Positions 30,801 to 39,010 are shown, counted from the stretch's first letter. The stretch is 64,000 bases of DNA from an uncultured Gammaproteobacteria bacterium (GCA_964609095.1 CAZSQN010000002.1:152066-216065); one strand, 5' to 3'. The notes: generated by a model not told the origin, from the letters alone. A program made the numbers and translations.

Positions 30801-31533
30801 GTTTGGTGACTTTTGCCGCCGCGCCGCTTGAAGCAAAGCGCATCTTTAACACTACGGCTCTCTGCGAGCTGCCATTGGTGTCATTGTCAGAGTCAGCGAC
30901 AATGGAACCGCCGGCCGGACTGTCAGACGCCGCGCTCACTTGAAGCGCTCCGCCGCCAGCTCCGCCTTCGGCAAGTCCCTTGTCAGAGTTAATGGTTGTC
31001 GCAGAATCCATTTGCGCCGCTTTATCAAAATCGGATGCTGAACTAACCGCCGAACCAACAGTGTAGTTGGTGAAGAAAGCATCCGGTACATCGTCAATTT
31101 GCGTATTCCAATTCGCTCCGTAAAGCGAAGTAGCGACTGCCTCGGAGGCAACATGCCTCAAGACGCCGCCTTTTGCCACCGCGTAAACCTTGGGGTCAGT
31201 GGTGATTTTCACCATTTTGACGCCCGGGCGATAGGTGGCATTGCCGCCAATGGTGACCGCGGCCAATTCCGCATCGGTTACTGTTTTCACCGTGGAAAAG
31301 TCCGAGTACCATGTCTTGTATGTTTTTTCATTCGGGAATACGTAGCGCTTGCCATCCCCGCCGTAGTAATAAACGGCCGGGAGCGAGGCCTTAATCAAAT
31401 CACCGGAAGAAAGAGCAGCCGCTTTTGCCGTTAAAGGCACGATAAAAGTGGCAAGCCCAATTGACCAGGCAATGGTTGATACGGCCACGCCGATGTGGAG
31501 CGCCCGTTTCCCAATCTGTAACGTGTTAGTCAT
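27853..31533 (-). CDS. large secreted cell-surface protein, Ser/Thr/Gly/Asn-rich with repeated beta-sandwich-like modules (S-layer/adhesin-like)
   Basis: 1226 aa, N-terminal signal peptide (hydrophobic stretch ending TAKA/AA). Recurring module ..V.KLLV....DSDD...L.DG.TQLG. appears at least 5 times. Roughly 20 N-x-S/T sequons, very high T/S content. Confidence 0.65.
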   Translation of the reverse strand: MTNTLQIGKRALHIGVAVSTIAWSIGLATFIVPLTAKAAALSSGDLIKASLPAVYYYGGDGKRYVFPNEKTYKTWYSDFSTVKTVTDAELAAVTIGGNATYRPGVKMVKITTDPKVYAVAKGGVLRHVASEAVATSLYGANWNTQIDDVPDAFFTNYTVGSAVSSASDFDKAAQMDSATTINSDKGLAEGGAGGGALQVSAASDSPAGGSIVADSDNDTNGSSQRAVVLKMRFASSGAAAKVTKLLVRRTGITADSDIDALYLYDGDTRLTQNQSLSQGVATFENTSGLFTVPAGGSKDVTLKMDIDNNTTSGKTVAWSLASADVTSDASSVSGSAVGNQFTVASVTDLGYVEVANVSPGAATTVDPQDNFELWRFKFDANDQNMLVKRVTLTNVGSVDSDDLQNIKLMDGATQLGATAAQLGDGKLALDLSGMADGGLKMLSGTTKQLSLRGDIKGGTNRTYRFSVQNTTDIVAWDLNYNVETVLASDSAAFTVTQAGGATTINTGSLTIQIHPDAPAGNVPDGATNVLLAKWNLTAAGEDVQVDTLDTSCNSSDTTNNLDNIKLTLGGSQVGTTQSTDDCDDTSETGTDFSFGNTFTIAAGTTKVLEYRADLTDATVAGGETLSAALVAGSSNAKGRTSLTAISTSAVSGRTVTVGSGLLTVTKNTSLASYTSARPLGVPGLTGVRIGSFVITGGAEESDITGVTLKDDVDTTSDTVTLADYFINMKLKKGTTQLGTTVGTLTDTDSTTYEFTVSPSLRVGIGEQIVIDVYADIKSTTAAVSNVNTDDVNGEVIADKVTATGVTTSTDTSYTTDVSLQDLFIATKGMLRVTSVSGDPAASQLTLGSSEQVFAKFKLAEESNAEDILVTKLVVADDMTTNTAVPFNSTGTLKNVKLWNGSTLLGSLASLDTTTYNTSVPLAVFDLTGLSGGGLIVPKGGNLTLTVKADLTPFADGGQSSSTHRLFVMGGASTTVHDSAAEGSPCGRTLAGDATVGSTGDWDCATSGFNDAVEATGKGSGIKITQGGATATAGLIIGPTTGTTGGGAKAVVFDVLKSKLTVAHASDAPSGLQTKSSEATVAKFVFTNTSPGGYTITLKQLNLDVNSSGISLPIGGTRAVMNIYKETVDAANLLATTTMNHTGGGFAQDTQLTEGNLTDLEIAGNSSRTVIVTLDTSNSDIGANDTLSVGIQTGATGGQSPVQWSDEYITNLTDVDSLPLVGKTLSY

Positions 31534-31654
31534 AAATTATTATTGGGTTGTTTTTTATGAGAAGGTTAATTCCCTCTCATTTTTATTATCCGCGGAGCCG
31601 TCTTGGTTTCCCAAACGCCGACCTTTCTGCGCCTGCGGCTTATTAATAATTAAC

Positions 31655-31726
31655 AGCTGTTAGCTGTTAGCTTTTAGCTGTTAGAAGTTTTAAGCCCCTA
31701 AAAGCTATAAGCTACAAGCTAAAAGC
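31655..31726. repeat. tandem-heptamer hairpin, family B copy 1 (AGCTGTT/AGCTTTT arms vs AAAAGCT/ATAAGCT arms)
   Basis: agctgttagctgttagcttttagctgttag ... ctaaaagctataagctacaagctaaaagct; related copies at 38391 and 48287. Confidence 0.75.
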
Positions 31727-32899
31727 TTACGGGTTAATAATTCTTGGCGTTGAACTGGATTCGTCTGTTTTTATTTCATCAAAATTTTGCATTTGGAAAC
31801 TGGATGTAGCGCTTCCGTCTTGGCTTTGCGCCCGCACCTTAACTCCGTCTAAATTCAAGCCGCTTCCCTGGCCGGACGAACCTGAACCGGTCAGCGCCGG
31901 AGTTGAAGAATTGCCGCCGGAAGTAAGCGTAACCGTAACCGCCGTTACCGCGCGCACCAATTCCGTGCTTTCTTTAATCTTGCTTAAAGCCGAAACAAAA
32001 TCCCCTTCGGAAATCGCCTCGCGCGCTTCGCCGATAGCTGTTTTAACTTGAGCGGCAGATGACGGGGTTGAAGTGGCGGAAGAATTATCAACCATCTGCT
32101 CCGCTCTTTTTTCTATATCGTTGATTTTATTGGTTACCGAATCCTGGACCTCTTCCATTGATAAAACCGTGGAGCTGGAAGAAGTGTGCGCCACCACCAT
32201 TACTTCAACCGCCTTCACGCTCGCGTCTTCGGCAACTTCTTTTGCTCCCTGCACCATGCCCAGGGCCTCGCCTTCAGAAACCTTTTTTTCAACTTCTCCC
32301 AAAATCTGCTGGTGAACCTCGCTTTTAGCGTCAATTATTTTTGCCATCTGCACGACTTTTTCCGGCTCGCTTTTCGGGTCATCCAGATACTGGCTGGCTG
32401 TTTCCATTTCCTGTTTAAAGTCCTTCACGGCCTTGGCAATCCGGCTTACATTGTTTCCGGAATTGGAATCAGTAATTTTGGAAACCTCCTGCACGCGCCG
32501 GCCGGCAAACTCAATATGAAGTTCGGCTTTGGCCTCGGCATTGCTTGTAAGCCGCACCTGCGCCTCTTCGGTTATTCTTTTAAGGGGATAAAGCAGGTCG
32601 CCCGGAACGCTGTTAAGAGAAGCGGAAACAGTGGTCACGCTGCTGCCAAAAACAATGCCCCCGACAAGCACAATCACGGAAGCAACGCGACCGGCCACGC
32701 GCATATCGTCAATTGGCGCGAACGCGGCAACAACTTCTTTGGCGCGTTCAAGATATGAGAGAGGCCGCGGATTTGGTTCCACGGTATTTTTTACCTGCAT
32801 CATCAAAGTGCTTCTGGACGCCTCAACCCACTCTTTATTCGGCATTCCTAAATCACTTTTTCGCAGGTTCTTAAATTGTTCTTTTAACGCGTCTTTCAT
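31727..32899 (-). CDS. hypothetical membrane-anchored protein, probable anti-sigma factor partner of the upstream ECF sigma
   Basis: ATGA overlap with the ECF sigma gene; single predicted TM segment around residues 60-90; no recognisable catalytic motif. Confidence 0.4.
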   Translation of the reverse strand: MKDALKEQFKNLRKSDLGMPNKEWVEASRSTLMMQVKNTVEPNPRPLSYLERAKEVVAAFAPIDDMRVAGRVASVIVLVGGIVFGSSVTTVSASLNSVPGDLLYPLKRITEEAQVRLTSNAEAKAELHIEFAGRRVQEVSKITDSNSGNNVSRIAKAVKDFKQEMETASQYLDDPKSEPEKVVQMAKIIDAKSEVHQQILGEVEKKVSEGEALGMVQGAKEVAEDASVKAVEVMVVAHTSSSSTVLSMEEVQDSVTNKINDIEKRAEQMVDNSSATSTPSSAAQVKTAIGEAREAISEGDFVSALSKIKESTELVRAVTAVTVTLTSGGNSSTPALTGSGSSGQGSGLNLDGVKVRAQSQDGSATSSFQMQNFDEIKTDESSSTPRIINP

Positions 32900-33444
32900 G
32901 ATTTGTTCATTAATTCGCGCAATGTTTTTGAAGCGCGGTGCAATGTTACCCTTACGGCGCCTCTATTTTTATCAAGAATATCCGCTATCTCTCCTACGGA
33001 AAGTCCGTCTATATATTTAAGCTGAACAACTTCCCGATATTCTTCTTTCATCTTGTTCATTGCCGCAAGCAAAAGTCCGAAATCGTGTTTTGTTTCAATC
33101 TCCTTACCCTGCCTGCCTTCGTCTCCAAACATCGCCGCCGGTAATTCCGATTCCGTTAAAACGGACATCGCCTTTTTTCTGTAATGGTCAATCACTAAAT
33201 TGCGCGCGATTTTATAAAGAAAAGACGAAAGCTGTTTTATCTGCTTACCTTCCTGCAAATACTGCCAGGCCCGCAAAAATGTTTCCGAAACCAGATCGCG
33301 CGCCTCTTCCTCTCCCGAAACCTTAAAATAAATAAACCGATAGATTCGGTTTACGTATTCATCATAGACCTTTCCATACGCCTCCGGGTCCTTGCGGCTC
33401 GTTATGCGGAAAAGCAGGAGTTTTTCTTTTATATACTTGTTCAT
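32896..33444 (-). CDS. RNA polymerase ECF-type sigma factor (sigma-70 family, regions 2 and 4)
   Basis: 182 aa; region-2-like YRFIYFKV..ARDLVSETFLRAW and region-4 HTH LSVGEIADIL..GAVRVTLHRA. Confidence 0.75.
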   Translation of the reverse strand: MNKYIKEKLLLFRITSRKDPEAYGKVYDEYVNRIYRFIYFKVSGEEEARDLVSETFLRAWQYLQEGKQIKQLSSFLYKIARNLVIDHYRKKAMSVLTESELPAAMFGDEGRQGKEIETKHDFGLLLAAMNKMKEEYREVVQLKYIDGLSVGEIADILDKNRGAVRVTLHRASKTLRELMNKS

Positions 33445-33657
33445 GTATTAAGACGGAAAAAATTGATAAACGTTACAGCGGTTAAAGGCATTAGACATTA
33501 TATTGCTATATATAAAGCCATTTGCCGGATAAAATCAAGATGTTGATAAAAGATATCCGGCTGATTCTGAATGATTTATCTATATGTGGATAAATATGAT
33601 TTGCCAATTCCCATATTATTTGTATATACTAATATATACAAATAATAAATACTACTT

Positions 33658-33951
33658 ATGAACCAACCCGATAATGTAATAAGATTATCAATCAGCGAAG
33701 CAGGCCGGATTTTTGGTGTTAATCCGCAAACAATAAGACGGGCGATTAAAGCGCGGGAAGTGACTTATGTTGTGGTAAGGGGGCGCTATAAACTCAATTT
33801 TGAAAGTATTCTTAAATGGTCGCAAAAGCATGCCGGGGTTAAAAACAAACTGCAAAACCGCGGCATTGGGCAATTTGTTTCCGGTTGGAAAATAAACAAT
33901 CCCTTATACTCGCCAAATCCGGCTATTTTTAAAAAAACAAATGACAAATAA
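33658..33951 (+). CDS. excisionase-family helix-turn-helix DNA-binding protein
   Basis: LSISEAGRIFGVNPQTIRRAIKAREVTYVVVRGRY matches Xis/MerR-type HTH (TIGR01764-like) layout. Confidence 0.5.
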   Translation: MNQPDNVIRLSISEAGRIFGVNPQTIRRAIKAREVTYVVVRGRYKLNFESILKWSQKHAGVKNKLQNRGIGQFVSGWKINNPLYSPNPAIFKKTNDK

Positions 33952-34072
33952 AAAACGCTTGAGAGGTCTGGCATATAAACCAAAAAGAGGAGGAGGACTT
34001 CTTGGCAATACACCAAACCAATCAAGCGTTTTTTGTTAGTTTGACCTTACTATAAAAATCTATATTCGTCAA

Positions 34073-34226
34073 CCCCGCACATAACCCTGAACTCATTTAG
34101 GATTTCGCCAATTGTCATTCCCGCGAAAGCGGGAATCCACAATTGGCAAATTAATAATTTGAGCGCCTGGATTCCCGTTTACACGGGAATGACAGGCCAA
34201 AGTTTTTGTCAATTTTATGTGCGGGG
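34073..34226. repeat. REP-unit-bounded element (CCCCGCACATAA ... TTATGTGCGGGG) enclosing a copy of the ATTCCCGC palindromic core
   Basis: C form at 34073-34084, G form at 34215-34226, internal gtcattcccgcgaaagcgggaat...attcccgtttacacgggaatgac at 34114-34193. Lies between convergent genes. Confidence 0.7.
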
Positions 34227-35294
34227 TCAAGGCCGTGCTTTTAAGGTAATTTCTTTTGTTTCTTCGCGGCCGTCTTTGCGGCGGATGGCAAAACGCGCTG
34301 ACGCTCCGACGGGATATTCCGCGATCCGTTCTGACAAACTTATTTTCGCGGTTAGCTCGTCATCATCAATTTTTAAGATAACATCTCCGTCTTCCAATCC
34401 CGCGAGCTGCGCCGGGCCTCCTCTAACCGCTCCGCGGCGGCCGCCTGACGAAGCAATCAACGCTCCGCGCTCGCCATCCTCGCGCTTTGACAAAGTCGCT
34501 CCGAGGTCAATATAATTTACGCCCAAGAAAGGACGGGCTATCTTCCCCTGGCGCAAAAGCTCTCTAAATGCCGGCGACAGGTATTCAAAAGGAATGGCTG
34601 TCCCCCGCAAGGGATCGGTTAGCACGCCGACAAGATTGCTTTTTTCGTCAAACAACGGGCCGCCGGGCAGATTAATATCTTTTGTTCCCGAAACAAAAAC
34701 TGATTTTTTTGTTTTTTCGGATGATTGAATTTCATTTGCCTCGCCATTGATATAATTGATTCCTAAAAATTTAGGGCGATAGACATTCTTGAGATAATCA
34801 ACCGCCAGAAGTTCCGCGCCGGGGGAAAGCTCCCTGCTACTGCCGCCGCCGACTGCCGCGAATCTTTCTCCTTTAATGCGGAGAAAGGCCGCGTCAGTTG
34901 CCGTATCATAAATAATTGATTCAACCTGATGCGGCGCCCTATCCCCGGTCACGGCCAAAATTTTAGCCGTTCCCAAACGCGCGACTTTGGAAGTGGTAAC
35001 AGCCCAGCCGTCGGAAGTAAGCATGGCGCCATAGCCAAGCTGGTCATCATAGGTCGGCGGCGCCTTGCCGCGATTCACGTAAAAGGTGACGAGGCCAAGG
35101 TTAGCTCTTTCAATCTTGTCATTTTCTTTTTCCAATCCGCCGCGGTCAACCGGAGGCCTTAAAAAACTTTCTTTAATCCCGTAAACAGGCGCGTAAACGC
35201 CGGCGATAATAAGGCCGCCCAAAATGCCGGAGATTAAACCGAAAACAGAGGAAAGAAAAATAATTTTTAAAATTTTCCACCTAAATTGGGGCAT
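34227..35294 (-). CDS. HtrA/DegP-like trypsin-fold protein with C-terminal PDZ domain, catalytic His and Ser not conserved (probable pseudo-protease)
   Basis: Trypsin-fold plus PDZ layout (GDVILKIDDDEL). The expected TNAHV and GNSGGP motifs read TTSKV and LPGGPL here. N-terminal TM anchor. Real ATG preceded by TTGTGTGCGGGGT. Confidence 0.55.
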   Translation of the reverse strand: MPQFRWKILKIIFLSSVFGLISGILGGLIIAGVYAPVYGIKESFLRPPVDRGGLEKENDKIERANLGLVTFYVNRGKAPPTYDDQLGYGAMLTSDGWAVTTSKVARLGTAKILAVTGDRAPHQVESIIYDTATDAAFLRIKGERFAAVGGGSSRELSPGAELLAVDYLKNVYRPKFLGINYINGEANEIQSSEKTKKSVFVSGTKDINLPGGPLFDEKSNLVGVLTDPLRGTAIPFEYLSPAFRELLRQGKIARPFLGVNYIDLGATLSKREDGERGALIASSGGRRGAVRGGPAQLAGLEDGDVILKIDDDELTAKISLSERIAEYPVGASARFAIRRKDGREETKEITLKARP

Positions 35295-35295
35295 A

Positions 35296-35427
35296 CCCCG
35301 CACACAACTTGTTTAATCCAATCATATCACGAATGATATGCATTTAATTAACCAAGCCATGTTAATGATTTTTGTTTCTCATTAAGAAGAACATAAAATA
35401 TAAGCTATAAGCAGGTTGTGTGCGGGG
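35296..35427. repeat. REP-unit-bounded 132-bp element (variant arms CCCCGCACACAA / TTGTGTGCGGGG)
   Basis: Seen directly. Internal palindrome catatcattcgtgatatg. The 3' arm abuts the ATG of the HtrA-like gene. Confidence 0.65.
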
Positions 35428-35494
35428 CATATCCGTCTAAATTTTTCGCTTTAATTTTAATTAAAATTGTTCCGCCCGCCTAAGAGCGAAAAAC

Positions 35495-36265
35495 TTAGGC
35501 GGGCCACTCCGCGCTTGCGGCAACAAGCGCCAGCGCCAGAGCCGCGAAAAATAAATTTCTCGCAAATATCCTCTTATCCAAACGCCCTTCCGTCTTTAAC
35601 CGGTAAAGATTCAAAAAAACAGCCAGGGGAATCGCCGTAAACGCGCCGTTAACCGCGAGCGAGGTCGGCAGGCCGTAAACGGCGATAAATATCTGCGGAG
35701 CAAAAAGAGCCAGCCAAAACGACCTAAAAGCAATATCACCCGCCGTAAGCTGGTCCCCCGCCGTCAAGGCGCTGCCTAAAAAAGCGCGATGAAAAAACAG
35801 CGACACCAAAAATATTATTGCCAAAAGAGGCGGCAGAGGAGCGTTCAAGAATATCTTTAAGCCAAACATGGCGGCGCTGGCCCAAAACACCGTGGCCGCG
35901 TAAGACAAAATAATAAATCCGGAAATCGCGCCAGGCTCTTTTTCCTTGCCGGTTGCCTTAAGAAAACGCAGCTGCTCAACCATAAAAACCAGCATGCCGG
36001 AGAGAGCCGCGGCCATCAAATGGCGCGGCGCCGTCCTTTCGGTAAAAAGAAGAAAGCCAAAAGCCGAGGCAATAAGCAATATCTGGCTTAAAAGCACAAT
36101 CCGCAATTGCCCTGACCATTTTCTCTCATAAATTCCCCAAAGAGAAAAGGCCGTTGCCAAAAGCAGAAGCAAAAACGCCGGTATAAAAAAGATCGGCCTT
36201 CGAGCCGCCGCCTCCACGCTTAGAAAAGCGAAAATCCCGACCAAATACGGCAATAGCTGGCGCAT
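35495..36265 (-). CDS. hypothetical polytopic membrane protein
   Basis: 256 aa, about 7 hydrophobic helices, no recognisable motif. Confidence 0.45.
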   Translation of the reverse strand: MRQLLPYLVGIFAFLSVEAAARRPIFFIPAFLLLLLATAFSLWGIYERKWSGQLRIVLLSQILLIASAFGFLLFTERTAPRHLMAAALSGMLVFMVEQLRFLKATGKEKEPGAISGFIILSYAATVFWASAAMFGLKIFLNAPLPPLLAIIFLVSLFFHRAFLGSALTAGDQLTAGDIAFRSFWLALFAPQIFIAVYGLPTSLAVNGAFTAIPLAVFLNLYRLKTEGRLDKRIFARNLFFAALALALVAASAEWPA

Positions 36266-36269
36266 ATTG

Positions 36270-37316
36270 CTAAACGCTATTAGTCATGCCGCGATACTTG
36301 CTTGGAAAAAGCTCGGAAATAAGCGCGTCCAAGGCGGTGACAACCGGGATGGCAAAAAGAACGCCCATTATTCCGGCAAGCCGCGCGCCAACAAGCACGG
36401 CTATGACGGAAATCACCGGATTGATGCCAACCGCTTTTTGCATTACCTTTGGCACCAGGATGTTATTTTCAACCTGCTGAATAACAAAATAAAGAATAAT
36501 AACCAGCATTGCTTTAAGAGGCGATACGGAAAAAGCCAGAAGAACCGCCGGAATGGCCGAAACAATAGGCCCGATATAAGGTATAAACTCAAGCAGGCCG
36601 GCCAACAGCCCCAGGACCAGCGCGTAGTTTACGCCAAGGATAAGCAGGCCGATATAAGCCATCAAACCTATAATCAAAGACAAAATAATCTGGCCGCGCA
36701 GCCATGACCCGACTTTCTTTTGTATTTTCAAAAGAAGCTGTGAAAGCAGGACATGATACTGCTCCGGCGCGATAGCCCGCGCCATTCTCTTTAACGCGCC
36801 CTCTTCAACCACTAAATAGAAAGAAATGACCAGGAACACTATCAGGGAAACAAGGCCGGAGACCGCGCCGGAAATCGTGCTAAACACGCCGCCCGCCGCC
36901 CTTGCCAGACCTGATTCAACGGCTGAAATTCCGCTTTCAATATTTTCTAAAATTCCGTATTTTTGCCCAAACTCCCTGATGCTGCCGGCCTGGTCAAGCA
37001 ATCTTTCCAGAAGACGCGCCAAACTGGCGACAAATTCGCGCATCTGGTCAAAAAGCGGAGGAACAAGAAGAGTGACCACAAGCACCAGCGCTCCCAAAAG
37101 GCCGGCGTAAATAGCCAGTACGCCCAAAGCCCTTGGTATGCGCTTTCTCTCGCACCAATCAGCCGCCGGATCCATTACCGCCGCCAGAATAAGCGAGGCA
37201 AAAAGAATGGCTATAATGTCCCTGATGACATATAAAAACCAAAAAAACAACAAAACCGCGGCGATCTGAAACAATGTCCCTGTTTTTATGCCAATGTAAG
37301 TTTTTCCGTCAGCCAT
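36270..37316 (-). CDS. AI-2E family transporter (UPF0118/PerM-like)
   Basis: 348 aa, 8-TM layout and sequence texture of the AI-2E family. Confidence 0.7.
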   Translation of the reverse strand: MADGKTYIGIKTGTLFQIAAVLLFFWFLYVIRDIIAILFASLILAAVMDPAADWCERKRIPRALGVLAIYAGLLGALVLVVTLLVPPLFDQMREFVASLARLLERLLDQAGSIREFGQKYGILENIESGISAVESGLARAAGGVFSTISGAVSGLVSLIVFLVISFYLVVEEGALKRMARAIAPEQYHVLLSQLLLKIQKKVGSWLRGQIILSLIIGLMAYIGLLILGVNYALVLGLLAGLLEFIPYIGPIVSAIPAVLLAFSVSPLKAMLVIILYFVIQQVENNILVPKVMQKAVGINPVISVIAVLVGARLAGIMGVLFAIPVVTALDALISELFPSKYRGMTNSV

Positions 37317-37318
37317 AT

Positions 37319-37478
37319 AGCTGGTATTAGGTTTATAAAAAATTGTTTATAAATTTAGCCAAAAATTTAGGTTTAAACTTTGCCAGTTATCTGTCATTCC
37401 CGCGAAAGCGGGAATCTACGGGTTCAAATTCTGGATTCCCGCTTTCGCGGGAATGACAATGGAAACCTAATATCAGTT
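37319..37478. mobile_element. MITE-like 160-bp element, copy 2 (left TIR degenerate AGCTGGTATTAGGTTT, right TIR AAACCTAATATCAGTT)
   Basis: More than 95% identical to copy 1 over the interior. Begins 2 nt after the start codon of the AI-2E gene (on its upstream side). Interior has TTGGCT-N18-TTATAA promoter-like spacing facing that gene. Confidence 0.75.
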
Positions 37479-37546
37479 AATAATAATTTAATGATACCAA
37501 AAATCAACTATTAGTCAAACGGTTTCCAACTTGCTATAACAGATAT

Positions 37547-37993
37547 ATGAACGATCTGGCAACAAACAAAAACGCGAGTTATGATTATGAAATCTTGGAA
37601 CGGTTTGAGGCGGGTTTAATATTGTTCGGCCACGAGGTCAAATCAGCCAAAGGCGGCGGAGCATCGCTTAAAGGGTCTTATGTCATCATCCGGGGCAACA
37701 AGGCGTCTCTTATAGGCAGCCACATAGCCAGATGGAAACCAGCCGGAGTTATCCCTGGTTATGACCCGGAACGCTCCCGCGAACTTCTTTTGCGCAAAAA
37801 GGAGTTAAAATACCTCCTGGGAAAAACCGCTGAAAAAGGCTTGACGGCGGTGCCGCTTAGGATGTATACTAAATCGGGCAAAATAAAGCTTGAATTTGCC
37901 CTTGCCCGCCATAAAAAGAAATATGAAAAGCGGGAGAAAATAAAAGAAAGAGAAGTTAAAAGAATTATCGGAAGCGCCGTAAGGCGCACCTAA
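37547..37993 (+). CDS. smpB: SsrA-binding protein SmpB
   Basis: YDYEILERFEAGLILFGHEVKSAK... canonical SmpB. Confidence 0.9.
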   Translation: MNDLATNKNASYDYEILERFEAGLILFGHEVKSAKGGGASLKGSYVIIRGNKASLIGSHIARWKPAGVIPGYDPERSRELLLRKKELKYLLGKTAEKGLTAVPLRMYTKSGKIKLEFALARHKKKYEKREKIKEREVKRIIGSAVRRT

Positions 37994-37995
37994 TG

Positions 37996-38383
37996 GGGGG
38001 ATGCAGGGTTTCGATCAGGAAGTTCCTTTAAACAATCACGTCGGGGGCCATACCCCGTTATAAATAGGAATCTATTACGTGCAAACGTATTTTCTAGAGT
38101 GAAGAGCGCGTTGGCGAAAGCTTTTGCGACTCCTTCGCTCGTTATGGTCGCGGCCTAAAACCGCTTCCCATCCGCCCTGTTGACGTCCGATAAATAGGGG
38201 CCGGGTGTCATATTTCGGGCCTTTGCGCAAAGCATCCTCGTATGCGAATCGTAGATTAGAGGATCGGACGCGATGAACTCTGTCCGCCTTTATCATCGCG
38301 TTCAAAATTGAGACGGACTAACGTGCAGTATTGTTTAAATTCTCTTCTTGAGACGCGGGTTCAACTCCCGCCATCTCCACCAA
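37996..38383 (+). ncRNA. ssrA: tmRNA (ssrA)
   Basis: 5' GGGGGGATGCAGGGTTTCGA..., 3' tRNA-like end ...GCGGGTTCAACTCCCGCCATCTCCACCA. Internal in-frame tag reading frame from GCA AAC ... ending ...LVMVAA then TAA. Immediately downstream of smpB. Confidence 0.85.
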
Positions 38384-38390
38384 AATAACG

Positions 38391-38450
38391 AGCTTTTAGC
38401 TGTTAGCTTATAGAATTTCCTATAAGCTATAAGCTATAAGCTATAAGCTA
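38391..38450. repeat. tandem-heptamer hairpin, family B copy 2
   Basis: agcttttagctgttagcttatag ... ctataagctataagctataagctataagct between tmRNA and infC. Confidence 0.7.
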
Positions 38451-38456
38451 AGTTTA

Positions 38457-39008
38457 ATGAGAATTTCCAGAAGAAAACGATTTGTAAAACCGGATGTTCC
38501 GCACTATCGCGTCAATGAGCAGCTGCGGCTAATACCCGAAGTGCGGATAATTGATGAAAATGGCGTTCACATTGGAGTAATGCCAACCGACCAAGCGCTA
38601 AAACTGGCATTAGAGCGCGGATATGATTTGGTTGAAGTTTCGCCAAAAGAAACCCCTCCCATCGCCAGATTGCTTGACTTCGGACAATTCAAATACGAAA
38701 AAGAAAAAGAAGCGCGCAAGCAGAAAGCGCGTTCGCACAATGTGGAGGTTAAAGGCGTGCGGCTTTCTTTGCGCATCGGTGCCCACGATATGGAAGTGCG
38801 GCGCGAACAAGCCAAGCGATTTTTGGAAAAAGGAGACAAGGTTCAGATAGAGATTGTCTTGCGCGGACGCGAACGGCAATTTACCGACATAGCCAAGGGG
38901 GTTATGGACAAATTCATGGAATTGGTTAAAAATGATTTTGACATTGCGGTTGAGCAGCCGTTTGCCAAACAAGGCGGCCGGCTGACAATGGTCATCGGAA
39001 GGAAATAA
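38457..39008 (+). CDS. infC: translation initiation factor IF-3
   Basis: IF3 N- and C-domain motifs (RVNEQLR..VRIID..G...GVM; KVQIEIVLRGRE). True start may be a non-ATG codon nearby. Confidence 0.85.
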   Translation: MRISRRKRFVKPDVPHYRVNEQLRLIPEVRIIDENGVHIGVMPTDQALKLALERGYDLVEVSPKETPPIARLLDFGQFKYEKEKEARKQKARSHNVEVKGVRLSLRIGAHDMEVRREQAKRFLEKGDKVQIEIVLRGRERQFTDIAKGVMDKFMELVKNDFDIAVEQPFAKQGGRLTMVIGRK

Positions 39009-39010
39009 AT

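Noticed and set aside
31655-31726. Possible CRISPR array from the short tandem repeats (families B and C, and 23915-24000, 26340-26380)
   Set aside because: Repeats are only 7 nt, directly abutting with no spacers, and are arranged as complementary arms of hairpins or lie inside coding linkers. No cas genes are in the window.
33500-33660. Chromosomal replication origin
   Set aside because: Only one perfect and one or two imperfect DnaA boxes, no adjacent dnaA/dnaN, and the region is better explained as an operator for the neighbouring HTH gene. Kept only as a low-interest note.
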